This document shows, one piece after another, positions 49,343 to 59,900 of a stretch of 64,000 nt of DNA. The notes below the pieces were generated by a model. It was not told the DNA's origin. It searched no databases and saw nothing but the letters and a program-made list of their open reading frames with translations. The position numbers and the translations under genes are program-made. Numbering within the stretch: the first letter of the stretch is position 1; each line of letters starts with the position of its first letter. The DNA comes from Acidobacteriota bacterium (GTDB lineage Bacteria > Acidobacteriota > UBA6911 > JACQSX01), in contig DASXQR010000167.1 of the NCBI GenBank assembly GCA_036507075.1, positions 1-64,000 on the forward strand. The letters run 5' to 3'.

Positions 49343-51236
49343 TCAATGGCTGGCCGGACTGGGTGAAGAATCTCAGCGCGCCGGTCGAGTTCTGGCCGGG
49401 CGAACGGCTAAAGAGAATGAATTGTGTCGTATAACCACCACCGTCAGCGAAATGAGGAAAGAGCAGTTCGTTGCTGGAGGGCGGGCTGGTTTCATCCACG
49501 GGCGGGGTGGTCGTAATCAGGAAATCGCCGCGCTCATTGACGCGCGCGCGCAATCCCACGACCGAGACTCCCGGGCCCGCGCTGGTAGTAATACGAAGCA
49601 CGCCTTGAAAGGGGACCGGCAGCGACTCAAATCCGGGAAGCTGGCTCAAAAACAATGAAATCTGCCCGTTCGCCGGAATAGTGGCCGTGCTGGTCAAACC
49701 CGTTGATACGCCGGCCAGAGTGGTCAGCTCAAAATTTACTGTTGCTGCGGCGGACAGGGGATTCGCCACCGCTACTCCGGTCTGAATCGATCCGGCAGTG
49801 GCGCCGGACGCTTCCGCGTACATGCGCAGAGCGCGCGCTGGCGCGAGTGCAGGAACTCCCGCTTCGGCAACGGTGACCCCGGCGTTCTTAAACGAAAAGA
49901 TCCCAAGGCCGGAAGGAGTCCTGGTATTCGGCTCCGGAGTAATCCGAACTGAACCAACTCTGGCCGTCCCAGCGGTGCCGGCAGTGCGCAAGCGCTGAGC
50001 GCTGCGCGCGGGGACGGAATAAGAGAAGGTACTGTTTGTGACTGAATCGATCGTCACTTCGATCGGTTGTGCAGGCGTGGTTCCACTTCCCTGACCGAGC
50101 AACTGAATAGTTCCGTTCATCGGAGTGTCACCCGGATTGACCAGGACCAACTGCGTCGTCCAGCCGCCTCCATCCGCGAAGTGCGGGAAAAGCACCATCT
50201 CGCCTGTTGTCACCAAAGAAAGATCGGCCACGGGCAGAGTAGTGAGGAGAAAATCAGCGCGCTCGTTGGCCAGGCCCCGCAACGCGATGGCGGAGACGGA
50301 GACATTTGAGGTGAATGTGAAGGTCCCGGTAAAAGAGCTACTTCCATTGAATGGCGCCTGATTCAGGAAAGCTGCTATTTGCCCGTTGGCGGCGATGGTG
50401 GTGTTTCCAGAGCCGGTAGTCGTCCCGTTTGCGTCGGTGAAAAAGAACGTCAGAGTCGCGGCCTGCGGATTTGGATTGGCTAGCGCCAGGCCCGTGTTGA
50501 CGGGACCATTAACTTCTGCATAAATCCGCCCGGATCGAATCAGCGGTGACGCGGGAACGCCCGCTTCACTGACTAATATTCCGTTCTGGCGGAATCCAAA
50601 GATCGCCAAACCCGCCGGCGTGGGGCTGCCAGGTGCGGGCTGAATGCGGGCATAGCCGATCGCAGGTGTCGTCGAGATGCCCAAAGTGATCAGGGAGATT
50701 CCTCCGCGATCGGCAATGGAAAAGGGGGTCTGCACGACCGGCGCCGGCGCTACGGTAAGCTCGATTTGGGCTGATGCACCCCCAAGAGCCGTGGGAAGGG
50801 ACGCTGTAATCGTAGTAGTTCCCGTTCCGACGGCGTTGACGTTCACGGTCACAGATGTGGAACCAGCAGGGAGGTTGACAGATCCGGGAACCGTCGCCAC
50901 TGCCGGATTAGAAGACGAGAGCGCGATCGTGGTGTTGCTTCCCTGAGCAAAACTAATTGTCACGGTCAGGGTGCCGATGTTTCCCACCGAGATGAAAGGC
51001 GAAGCAGCAATCAAGGCCAATCTGGCGGCAAGCACCGGCTGGCTCAAAATATTCCCCGAAGCATCGTACGTGTAGCGAACCGCCGTGCCATTACCGTAGT
51101 CGACCAGTATCAGCCGGCCCGCGCTGTCGTAGGTGTACGCGACCGTCACGGCTTGCAGGACGGGCGTAATCGAGAGCAACAGCCCAAGCACAAAACTACT
51201 GGCTATCGTGGCAAGTCTTCTTTGTGAAATTTTCAT
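49326..51236 (-). CDS. exported protein: short YD-repeat segment, Ig-like domain and two beta-rich repeats
   Basis: Signal peptide; YTYDSAGRL..VDYGNG....YTYDASGN; LSSSNPAVATVP; EAGVPA...TG.A.ANP and LFPHFADGGG.TTQ each twice; GAGGA RBS. Confidence 0.82.
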   Translation of the reverse strand: MKISQRRLATIASSFVLGLLLSITPVLQAVTVAYTYDSAGRLILVDYGNGTAVRYTYDASGNILSQPVLAARLALIAASPFISVGNIGTLTVTISFAQGSNTTIALSSSNPAVATVPGSVNLPAGSTSVTVNVNAVGTGTTTITASLPTALGGASAQIELTVAPAPVVQTPFSIADRGGISLITLGISTTPAIGYARIQPAPGSPTPAGLAIFGFRQNGILVSEAGVPASPLIRSGRIYAEVNGPVNTGLALANPNPQAATLTFFFTDANGTTTGSGNTTIAANGQIAAFLNQAPFNGSSSFTGTFTFTSNVSVSAIALRGLANERADFLLTTLPVADLSLVTTGEMVLFPHFADGGGWTTQLVLVNPGDTPMNGTIQLLGQGSGTTPAQPIEVTIDSVTNSTFSYSVPARSAQRLRTAGTAGTARVGSVRITPEPNTRTPSGLGIFSFKNAGVTVAEAGVPALAPARALRMYAEASGATAGSIQTGVAVANPLSAAATVNFELTTLAGVSTGLTSTATIPANGQISLFLSQLPGFESLPVPFQGVLRITTSAGPGVSVVGLRARVNERGDFLITTTPPVDETSPPSSNELLFPHFADGGGYTTQFILFSRSPGQNSTGALRFFTQSGQPLSLRLK

Positions 51237-51378
51237 AAACGTCCTCAAACCCTTTACACCATTACTAAGCCGCGCGTCGCCTGATCGTGAAAAGACTTGG
51301 AGCGCACAGCATTTGCCCGGGCTTCAGTTGGGTAGAACTGGAATGCCGGCGGCAACGTTGACTGCATTTGCGTCTTCG

Positions 51379-54300
51379 TCAGGGACGTCGTGACATCCGC
51401 GGACCAATCCACTCCCCACCCAAGGTCTGGCCGGGCTGATCTGCCTCAATGACAAAATCGTATTGGGCATCTCCCGCCTCTGGTGGTAGTGGGACGGAGC
51501 GGAAGATCTGAATCAATTTCCTCGCGCGACCGATCGACTCTCCCCCCAACATCTGCCCGGCCTGATCTGCCTCAATGATGAAATCGTACGCGGCATCTCC
51601 CGGCTCTATTGGCTGGCCAAGAAGAGCCTGCCATGGCTTAGAATCTTCTACCAGCAAGACAATGTCTTCCTTCATGTAGAACGAAGGGTCCGCTACCATG
51701 GTTACAGCTGTCGGCCCCGGAGGGAGTCCAGCCGCGATCAGCGCGTCGTTACGCTCAGCGTCGGTCATCCGATGAATTCTGCCCGCTTCTTCTCTTTCTC
51801 TTTCTCTTTCTCTTCTTTTTCTTTGTCTTTCTTCTTCTTGTTTCTCAATGTACTTGATCAGAAACCTCATAAACTCACGATTGTCACTGGCGTCGAAGTC
51901 ATTCTCGGTGGCATCAAGACCCATCGGATCCACGTTTCTTGTCGGATTCTGAGCGACATATTGATAACGATTGATCGATGCTGGATCCGATGCATCCTGG
52001 CCCCGTGGGTCACGTATGAGAAATCGCCCCGTCGAACTGTCGTAATATCGGGCCCGCATGTAGTAGAGGTCCGTCGGTTCCCGCATCACGCCGTACTTTC
52101 CAACGTAGGCGAACGGATTGTCTGTAGAGCCATTAGATGCAGTGATCTGACCGTAAGCAGAATATGCATAGCTGTCGGTAACTGTCCCGTTGTCGTCCGT
52201 AAGGAACAGCGTCGAGCCGATCTCGTCATAGTGATAAAAACGCCGGGCACTGCCCGATTCTTCGATGCTGTAAAGCAACGCGCCGCCCGGAGTGTGGACG
52301 TAATAGCGAATCGTGTTCCCGTCGTCCTTGACGATAGAAATTGAGGGAAGAGCCAGCGCGTAACTCCAGGTATAGCTGCGCGTAGTTCCATCATTTCCTG
52401 CCGTTCGAACAGCGCGTGTGAGTCGGTGGCCGAACGCGTCGTAGGTTAAGTTAACTGTGCTCTGCCCATCGTTGTAAGAAGCAAGCCGCGACGCGAGATC
52501 CCATAAGTACGTGCGCGCTCCGTCATTGGTGAGTCTCCCCAGCGCGTCGTAATCAAAGCCGACAACCTGGTCCGCGTCGTTGTAGTTGCGACTGGGGTTT
52601 TCTCTGCCGACGACGGGCGCTGCGGGCACGCTGCGGACCGCCTGCCTGGTTCGACCGGCGCTGTCCTTCGTCAGCGCAATTGAAGACAGATAGGTTTGGC
52701 CGCGACCTTCCACAATTCCCGTAAGCCGGCCGGCAGCGTCATAGCTGTAGCTCGTGACAATCCCGTTGGGCCGAGAAAGTGTTACCGGGCGCCGCGCGTC
52801 ATCGTACGAAAACCGCGTAGTTCCTCCGGCCCAATCTGTAACGGAAGTGAGCAGGTTGCGGGCGTCATAGGCGTAGCTCACCGCCTTTCCAGGCGCCAGT
52901 GTCATGGTTGTGATTCTGCCGCCGTTATCCCTGCTCAACGTCATTCCATTCGTCACGACTATCCGGTCATCATCGTCGTAGCTGAGCGCAACACCGCTGG
53001 CAGAGATCAGGCGATCGTTGTCGTCGTAGTTGTAGTCGAGACGAGTTCCATCCGAATAGTTTTCGGCGGTGATGAGGCCCGACTCGTCACGCGTAAGATT
53101 CAGGACCCCCAAAGGCAGATCGACGCGCGTCAGCCTGTTCTGTGGGTCATATGTCAGGCGTGAGAGATTGCCCAGTGGATCGGTGCTGGAGATCAGGCGG
53201 CCAAGGTTGTCATAGCCGCGATTCCAGACCTTCCCTCGCGGATTGGTGGTTTGTCTAACCAGCCCCAGGTTGTCGCGTGTGTAGGCAGCGGTGATTGGTC
53301 CTGGATCTGAAATCTGGCTGAGCAGGCCACGTGTTTCATAGCCGTAAGTTCTCGTCTCCGAGAGAGGGTTTGTGGCCGAAACGACGCGGCTCAGCGCGTT
53401 GTACTCGAATCTTGTTTGATTTGATAGTGGGTCGCTGAGAGTAGTCGGGCGCCCCTGTTTGTCGTTCGTGTAGCGCCATACTTGACCGAGCGGGTTAGTC
53501 GAGGCGGTAAGGAAATTCTCATCATCATACGTATAGGCCCAGGTCTTACCAGCAGCATCCACCACCGATGTCAGTCGGCCGCGTGCATCGTAGTTGTACG
53601 TGACCTGATTACCGTTTCGATCTACTACCGATTTGAGCCGCCGAAGCGCATCATAAGCATACGTCGTTGTCTTGCCCAGGGGATCTGTAACCGCGGTGAT
53701 ATTCTCGTTGGCGTCGTAATTGAGCGTCCATATTTTGCCGAGCCGGTTTGTGACGTTCTTCAGGTTGTTGTTGTCGTCGTAACCGTATGCGGTAGTCTTC
53801 CCCTTTTCGTTAACGCTGTTTGTGAGGTTGTCATTCGCGTCATAGGCGAATCGAACCGTTGTGCCGTCGGCCCGGGTGATCCGATCCCGACGTTTTAGTG
53901 AATCGTAGCCAAATGACGTACCGTTGCCGGCCGGATCGCGCACCGATGCAACCGTGGCATCGGAGTTGTAGGCATAAGTGGTCACGCCGTTTTCCGGATT
54001 AGTCGCTGTGAGGATTTGCCCGCGCTCGTTGTGGGTGTAGGTCCAAACCTTCCCCGCGCGGTCGGTTCGGCTCACGAGGTTTCCTTTCGCGTCGTAAGTG
54101 AACTCGTCACGAGTTAAAGCAAACGAGATCTTCGTACTGGGTACGTCGGGATAATCAATACGGGCGAGCTCAAAAAATGTAAAACCATCCTGCGCTTGAG
54201 AAGCGTAACTGAACCTCCACGCTTTTCCCGTGTAGTCAGTCATTGAGCTGACCTTCCCTGAAGCAGCGTCGTACGTCGATGCGGAACTGTCGCCGAACCT

Positions 54301-56382
54301 GTCGGTTGTGGAAGTTTTTCGTTGGGAGTTGTCGTAACCGAATTGAATCGCCTTCCCCGCTTCATCTGTGAATTTTACGAATCGAAGCTCATTGTTGAAG
54401 AAATGGGTACGGCTGTTTCCAAGCGCATCTGTGATGGCGGTGTTATCCGCGTTGTACGTGAATCTGGTGCCGGCGCCCAGACCATCGGCCTGCGTGAGAA
54501 CCTTCGCCGAACCGGTGTTATATGTGTTTCGGACCGGAGTATTGCCGGCTGGCTTGCGGATCGATTCGATCAGCGAATTTGCGTTGGTTCCATATGTCGT
54601 CGTCTTGGCCCTTGCGTCGGTGTAGGTCGCCAGTTGCGCGCCCGAGTAAGTGAACTGAATCGATCGACCAGTTTGATCAGCTATCTTGGAGATGCGCAGT
54701 TTTCCGCCGCTGCTTGTGTACGTGAAATCAAGGCTGCGACCCAGTCCGTCCGCAACCTTCGCCAAGGTGCCGTCACTGTTGTAACTCAACGTATGCGTGT
54801 TGCTGTTCCGGTCGGAAATGGCTTCCACGCCTCGAACCCCACCCTCGGCCATTCCCGAAGTGTCGAAGCTGAAAATGACGTGGCTGTCTGGATCCATCAT
54901 TTTCAGTTTCGTTCCGCTTTCGACGAGCTGATACGGAGTACCTTTATAAGCCACGCCAGGCTGCGCCATGGTCCAGGCGCTGGCGCTCTTCTTGAAGAAG
55001 ATCGTCTTCCCCTCGTAATAATGGACCGTGACATTGTTCGCGTCGATTCTGCGGAGAAGGATAAGGAAATTATGGACCCAGTTTCCGCCCATGGGACTGT
55101 CGGCGGCCGCATAGAAACTGCTGGATTCTGCTGATGCGCCAAGCAGGCCGCCGTAATAGCGCGTAAACACGAGCGGCATTGGGCCGCCCAACCCCAGATC
55201 CAGCTCGCTGTGGACAAATTCTCCAGTCGACGTGACGACCGGCTCACCATCGAACGGCTTGCCATTACCATCTCCGCCTATTCCGAGGGAGTAAACGGTT
55301 CCAGCAGTCGGCGTAACGGTAGGCGGCGGAGCGATAGACTCAGCTATCGGTGCGCCAGCCACCTCCTTGGCCGATTTTGCGCTTCCGCCGCTGCCGGTGC
55401 AGCTAATGCAAGGCTGCTCGACCAGCGTGGGAACGCCATCCTCTTCGCTCGCCAGTACCAGTATCTTCCCAGTCCCGAGAAGGTAAACAACCTTGCCCAG
55501 TTGCTCCAACCCACCCGTCGATGGTACGTCGCCCAGCGGCACAACCCCCAAATCGGCATATTCGATCGGCGGACTTGGATGTTTAGCGGCTGGCACTGTG
55601 ATTCTGACCAGCCTTACGTTTTGGCTATCAATTCTGACAGTCCCCAGCAAGCCATCGGAAGGTCCAAACGCAATTTGAATCAGGTTTTGAACTGTTCCAA
55701 GGTTCTGCGAGGGAGATCCCACCGGAATGCGATAGATAGTCGAGGCCCCGCTTCCGGAAATTGGCCTGAAGCTCCCGTACAACTGGTCCTTGCTGTTTAC
55801 CGCAAAGGTGATCTCAAAAAAACCGCTGGCGGTCGGGTTTGACTCACCCACGAAAGACTGCAGCGGGCGGCCCGTGGTCATATCAATAATCTGGCGATCA
55901 GATCTCAGCATCACGGCGGAGTTATTCCCGGCACCGCTGTAACAAAGATACAGATTGCCTGTTGGTCCTGCGGTCATCTCGCTGAGAGACCATGAGGCGG
56001 TTGGAAGAGGCACCCGCGCCACAATCTCGGATGACCCGGCAGAGTTCACGCGCGCTATGAAACTGGTTTTTGCGTCGGCAGAATTTGGGTCTGGAACAGT
56101 GAGGCGGTATGCGTAGTAAACAGTCAGATTATTGTCGACTACAACCGCATTGATCCTCCCCACATCGGGTCTGGAGAGAAAAGTTTCCGCGATTCCGCTT
56201 GTGCTCCGGAATGGAAGTCGGGAAATCGAGTTGACGTTGGCAAAGAAGAGATCACCTGGTTGGACGGTGGCGCCCGTTTGTGCCGTGGCAACGGCCGGGA
56301 ACAACATCAAAACCGCCAAGGCGCGTGCGAGGTTGGATAATCTTTTTTTGATGAGTGAAAGAGAACAACGCCCGAGTGCCAT
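51379..56382 (-). CDS. Sec-exported Rhs/YD-repeat protein with N-terminal beta-propeller-like region, DUF6531-like domain and Rhs core
   Basis: Signal peptide ending ATA-Q; GEPV..STGEF...DL...GPMPL.FTRYY; many Y.YD..G.L repeats; LYYMRARYYD..TGRF..RDP...NRYQY..NPT..VDPMG. Confidence 0.92.
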   Translation of the reverse strand: MALGRCSLSLIKKRLSNLARALAVLMLFPAVATAQTGATVQPGDLFFANVNSISRLPFRSTSGIAETFLSRPDVGRINAVVVDNNLTVYYAYRLTVPDPNSADAKTSFIARVNSAGSSEIVARVPLPTASWSLSEMTAGPTGNLYLCYSGAGNNSAVMLRSDRQIIDMTTGRPLQSFVGESNPTASGFFEITFAVNSKDQLYGSFRPISGSGASTIYRIPVGSPSQNLGTVQNLIQIAFGPSDGLLGTVRIDSQNVRLVRITVPAAKHPSPPIEYADLGVVPLGDVPSTGGLEQLGKVVYLLGTGKILVLASEEDGVPTLVEQPCISCTGSGGSAKSAKEVAGAPIAESIAPPPTVTPTAGTVYSLGIGGDGNGKPFDGEPVVTSTGEFVHSELDLGLGGPMPLVFTRYYGGLLGASAESSSFYAAADSPMGGNWVHNFLILLRRIDANNVTVHYYEGKTIFFKKSASAWTMAQPGVAYKGTPYQLVESGTKLKMMDPDSHVIFSFDTSGMAEGGVRGVEAISDRNSNTHTLSYNSDGTLAKVADGLGRSLDFTYTSSGGKLRISKIADQTGRSIQFTYSGAQLATYTDARAKTTTYGTNANSLIESIRKPAGNTPVRNTYNTGSAKVLTQADGLGAGTRFTYNADNTAITDALGNSRTHFFNNELRFVKFTDEAGKAIQFGYDNSQRKTSTTDRFGDSSASTYDAASGKVSSMTDYTGKAWRFSYASQAQDGFTFFELARIDYPDVPSTKISFALTRDEFTYDAKGNLVSRTDRAGKVWTYTHNERGQILTATNPENGVTTYAYNSDATVASVRDPAGNGTSFGYDSLKRRDRITRADGTTVRFAYDANDNLTNSVNEKGKTTAYGYDDNNNLKNVTNRLGKIWTLNYDANENITAVTDPLGKTTTYAYDALRRLKSVVDRNGNQVTYNYDARGRLTSVVDAAGKTWAYTYDDENFLTASTNPLGQVWRYTNDKQGRPTTLSDPLSNQTRFEYNALSRVVSATNPLSETRTYGYETRGLLSQISDPGPITAAYTRDNLGLVRQTTNPRGKVWNRGYDNLGRLISSTDPLGNLSRLTYDPQNRLTRVDLPLGVLNLTRDESGLITAENYSDGTRLDYNYDDNDRLISASGVALSYDDDDRIVVTNGMTLSRDNGGRITTMTLAPGKAVSYAYDARNLLTSVTDWAGGTTRFSYDDARRPVTLSRPNGIVTSYSYDAAGRLTGIVEGRGQTYLSSIALTKDSAGRTRQAVRSVPAAPVVGRENPSRNYNDADQVVGFDYDALGRLTNDGARTYLWDLASRLASYNDGQSTVNLTYDAFGHRLTRAVRTAGNDGTTRSYTWSYALALPSISIVKDDGNTIRYYVHTPGGALLYSIEESGSARRFYHYDEIGSTLFLTDDNGTVTDSYAYSAYGQITASNGSTDNPFAYVGKYGVMREPTDLYYMRARYYDSSTGRFLIRDPRGQDASDPASINRYQYVAQNPTRNVDPMGLDATENDFDASDNREFMRFLIKYIEKQEEERQRKRREREREREEAGRIHRMTDAERNDALIAAGLPPGPTAVTMVADPSFYMKEDIVLLVEDSKPWQALLGQPIEPGDAAYDFIIEADQAGQMLGGESIGRARKLIQIFRSVPLPPEAGDAQYDFVIEADQPGQTLGGEWIGPRMSRRP

Positions 56383-56387
56383 AAAAC

Positions 56388-56648
56388 CTACCCTCCGTTA
56401 AACCTCGAACCCAGAAACACCATAAACCGACGCCAGCGCCCAATCATCGCTCTGATGGATTTGGCAACCGGGAAAGGCCTGACCCGAGCGGATGTGGATC
56501 CCTGCTGCGGGCCCGTGCTGCCACTCGGCACGCGTGTAACTTTGTCGCCATTGGTCCATCCGCCGGCATCGGCGTGAGGCTGAACTGTTTCACTGATGAA
56601 GATGGTTCGCCGAGTTTCTTCGACAATGATGCTTTTTCGAATCCGCAC
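56388..56648 (-). CDS. small ORF upstream of the Rhs gene, paralog of 60085..60327
   Basis: MRIRKSIIVEETRRTIFISETVQ; stop 5 nt before the Rhs start. Confidence 0.55.
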   Translation of the reverse strand: MRIRKSIIVEETRRTIFISETVQPHADAGGWTNGDKVTRVPSGSTGPQQGSTSARVRPFPVAKSIRAMIGRWRRFMVFLGSRFNGG

Positions 56649-56936
56649 CTTTACGTCCTATTGGGGCGACAAAAGGCTGTCGCCCGCCAAAAAAACGGTG
56701 GGCTGGTATTCGTTGAGATTACGTCTTCCCACGGCTCCGCTGTGCTTCGCCGTGGGCTACATGCTGGCGCCCGCCAAAAAAGCGGCAGGCTCGTGCGCCA
56801 TACTATTTACCTAATCCTCTCCTCATGATCCGGAAAGCTAATTTGGACAGGCGCACCGCTACGCTGGCGCGCCGCGACCTGACAGATCGCGGTACTGGGC
56901 GAATCAGCAACGTGTTTATCTCACCACGCCGGTTTG

Positions 56937-59900
56937 TCACGGCACATTCTCTTCGCTCCTCAATTGCTCCTTAGCCAGCGGCGTCACGGGAACATCATTG
57001 AATGTGCCGGGGCTGAACCGGACTACGGTAACCACCAGCGCCTGGGTCGGAAGCGGCGCTAGTGCCACGATCGTCAAAGTCCCTTCGAAGTTGTCCGGTA
57101 GATTCGGAAACAGGTCAGTCAAGGTTTCGCTGACTTGTTCTCCCGGTTCGAGAATTCTTGCCGTTCTGAAAGATCGGATTAATCTGCCGTTGGAATCGGT
57201 AAGAGTAAAGACGGCGATCACCCTCTGGGTCGACACGTTCACCGCAGCCACTCCTACATTAATTCCTCGTGAGCGATCGCGGCCCACTGGCGCGCGGAAA
57301 GCAGCGGCAGGAGCAGTCGATGGGCCGACCGACAATGGCGCGAAGTCCGCCAGGGAGTAGGTCGCCAGTGCGACCACGGGATCAGATGATGACACGCGAG
57401 CGTATGCTGCCGTGGCTTTACCCTGGCTGCGCGTGCGTATGGTTATTGTTCCCAGGGGCGGCAGCACGAAAGTTTGGGCCGCATTGTCTACAAGTCCTTC
57501 CAGGGGGCGGCCATCAGCACTGAAAAAAGAAACACTCCCGCGAACCGTCGTGGTCGGTGATGGATTGGCTAGAAAGATAGCGGTTGAGAAGCCACCGCCG
57601 CCGCCCGCTTGCGCGAAATAAAAGAAACCGCTGGAGGTAGTCAGCAACGGTACTGCCAGGCTGTGGCTGCCGCCCGCGGCAATCGACGCGATCCCACTGC
57701 CGGGTCCAAGATTGCTGACTCGCACCGGAATAAGTCTCGTCTCCAAAGTGCCATCGCCGACTTGCCCGTTGGCGTTCGAGCCCCAGGCGAGAACCGTGCC
57801 ATCGGCGCGCAGAGCCAGGCTGTGAGAGCCGCCTGCGGCGATCGCCACAACTCCACTGCCGGGACCAAGACCCGTGACCTGGTTTGGAGTTGTTCTTGAC
57901 GTAGTAGTGCCGTCACCGAGCTGGCCGGTTGCGTTGTTGCCCCAGGCCAGGACCGTTCCGTCGGATTTGAGTGCGAGGGTATGCAAGCCGCCTGAGCCGC
58001 CGGCGACTGCTACTACTCCGCTGCCGACACCCAAGCCACTCACCTGAACTGGAGTGTTCCTTTGCGTGGTAGTTCCGTCACCCAGTTGGCCGCTGGCATT
58101 GTTGCCCCATGCCAGGACAGTACCGTCCGCTTTCACGGCCACGCTGTGACTGAAACCCGCGGCGATGGTGACCACTCCGCTACCCGATCCAAGACCCGTG
58201 ACCTGCACTGGAGCGTTACGTTGCGTGGTAGTCCCGTCACCGAGTCGACCGTCGGCGTTATTGCCCCAAGCCAGGACAGTACCGTCGGATTTCAAAGCCA
58301 ACGTGAAGCCATTACCAGTGACGATGGCGACGACTCCGCTGCCCGGGCCAAGACCGGTGACCTGAACTGGTGTGGAGCGATTCGTGGTCGTGCCGTCGCC
58401 CAATTGGCCGGTCGGGTTGCCACCCCAACCCAGCACAGCGCCATCGGATCTAATTCCGAAGCCAAAAGCGGCACCTGCAGCAATAGCCACAATTCCGGAG
58501 AGAAACCCTGAGGAGGACGAAGGATCGAGCACCGGAAGTGGAGTGATCCGTGTGTTGGTCGTGCCATCGCCGAGTTGACTGTTAGCATTCGCACCCCACG
58601 TGAGCACAGTTCCATCAACGCGCAAAGCCAGGCTATATTGCTGGCCTCCGCCAATTGCGATAATCCCACCGATGCCGGCGACCGCAAGCGGCTCGAGTTT
58701 TGCATCGATGTTTCCGTCACCGAGTTGGCCGTTCGCGTTATTTCCCCACGACAAAACAGTCCCATCAGATTTGAGCGCCAGGCTGTGAAAACTCTGGCCA
58801 GAAGCAGAGATGGCCACCACTCCACGAAGCAACCCCGAAGGTGCGGAAGGATCGATTACATCGACTGGCGTGAGGGCCAGATTAGTGGTGCCATCACCAA
58901 CCTGACCATTGACGTTGTTGCCCCACGCGATGACACTTGTATTGTTGGACTTTAGCGCCAAGCTGTGACTCTCGCCTGTCGCCACTGCCACGACTCCACT
59001 GGCGGGTCCGAGCCCGACGACTTGAACCGGCGTGTTCCTCTGGATTGTGGTCCCATCCCCAACTTGGGCCGTCGGGTTGCGGCCCCACCCCAGCAGCGTA
59101 CCGTTCGACTTTAATGCCAGCGTGTGTCCGTTGCCTGCCGAAACAGCAATGACTCCACTGCCAGATCCGAGGCCGGTAACTTGAACCGGAATGTTCCGCT
59201 GGGTAGTAGTGCCATCACCGAGTTGTCCGTTCGGGTTACGTCCCCACGCCAACGTCGTACCATCAGATTTCGCCGCCAGGCTGTAACCGGTGCCAGCAGT
59301 AATAGAAATGACTTCGGCGCCGGGGCCCAGGCCAGTGACTTGCACCGGGACGGTTCTTTGCGTTGTGGTGCCGTCGCCAAGCTGGCCGTTCGCATTGGAG
59401 CCGAAAGCCACGACACTCCCATCGCTTTTGCGGACCAGGCTATGGAAATCGCCTGCTGCGATTGCAACTGCGCCGCTGCCGGGCCCAAGCGCGCTGGCTT
59501 GGACGGGAACAGTTCTTTGGATCGTTGTTCCGTCGCCGAGCTGTCCGTTCGCATTGTTGCCCCAACCGACGACGGTGCCATCGGATTTCAGAGCCAGGCT
59601 GTGCGTGTTGCCGGCTGCGATTGACACAACTCCGCTGCCAGGGCCAAGACCGCTAACCTGAACTGCAGTGATTCTGGGTGTGGTGGTGCCGTCACCGAGT
59701 TGTCCGCTGGCGTTGTTGCCCCAAGCCAACACGGCGCCGTTGGCTTTCAACGCGAGGCTGTGACTGCCGCCTGCGGCAATCGCGACGACTCCGCTGCCAG
59801 ACCCAAGGCCGACCACAAGGTGCGGGAAAAAATTGGTTCTCGGGTTCGGATAACCCAGTTGGCCCGCCGAATTGCTGCCCCAGGCAAGAGGAGTCACAGG

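Noticed and set aside
51785..51845. CT-rich simple repeat as a phase-variation tract
   Set aside because: Imperfect and in frame, encoding the E/R-rich helix; no uniform unit long enough to argue for slippage
57650..59900. Periodic DNA repeats of about 160 bp as a non-coding array or diversity-generating template
   Set aside because: Fully explained by in-frame RCC1 protein repeats; no reverse transcriptase nearby
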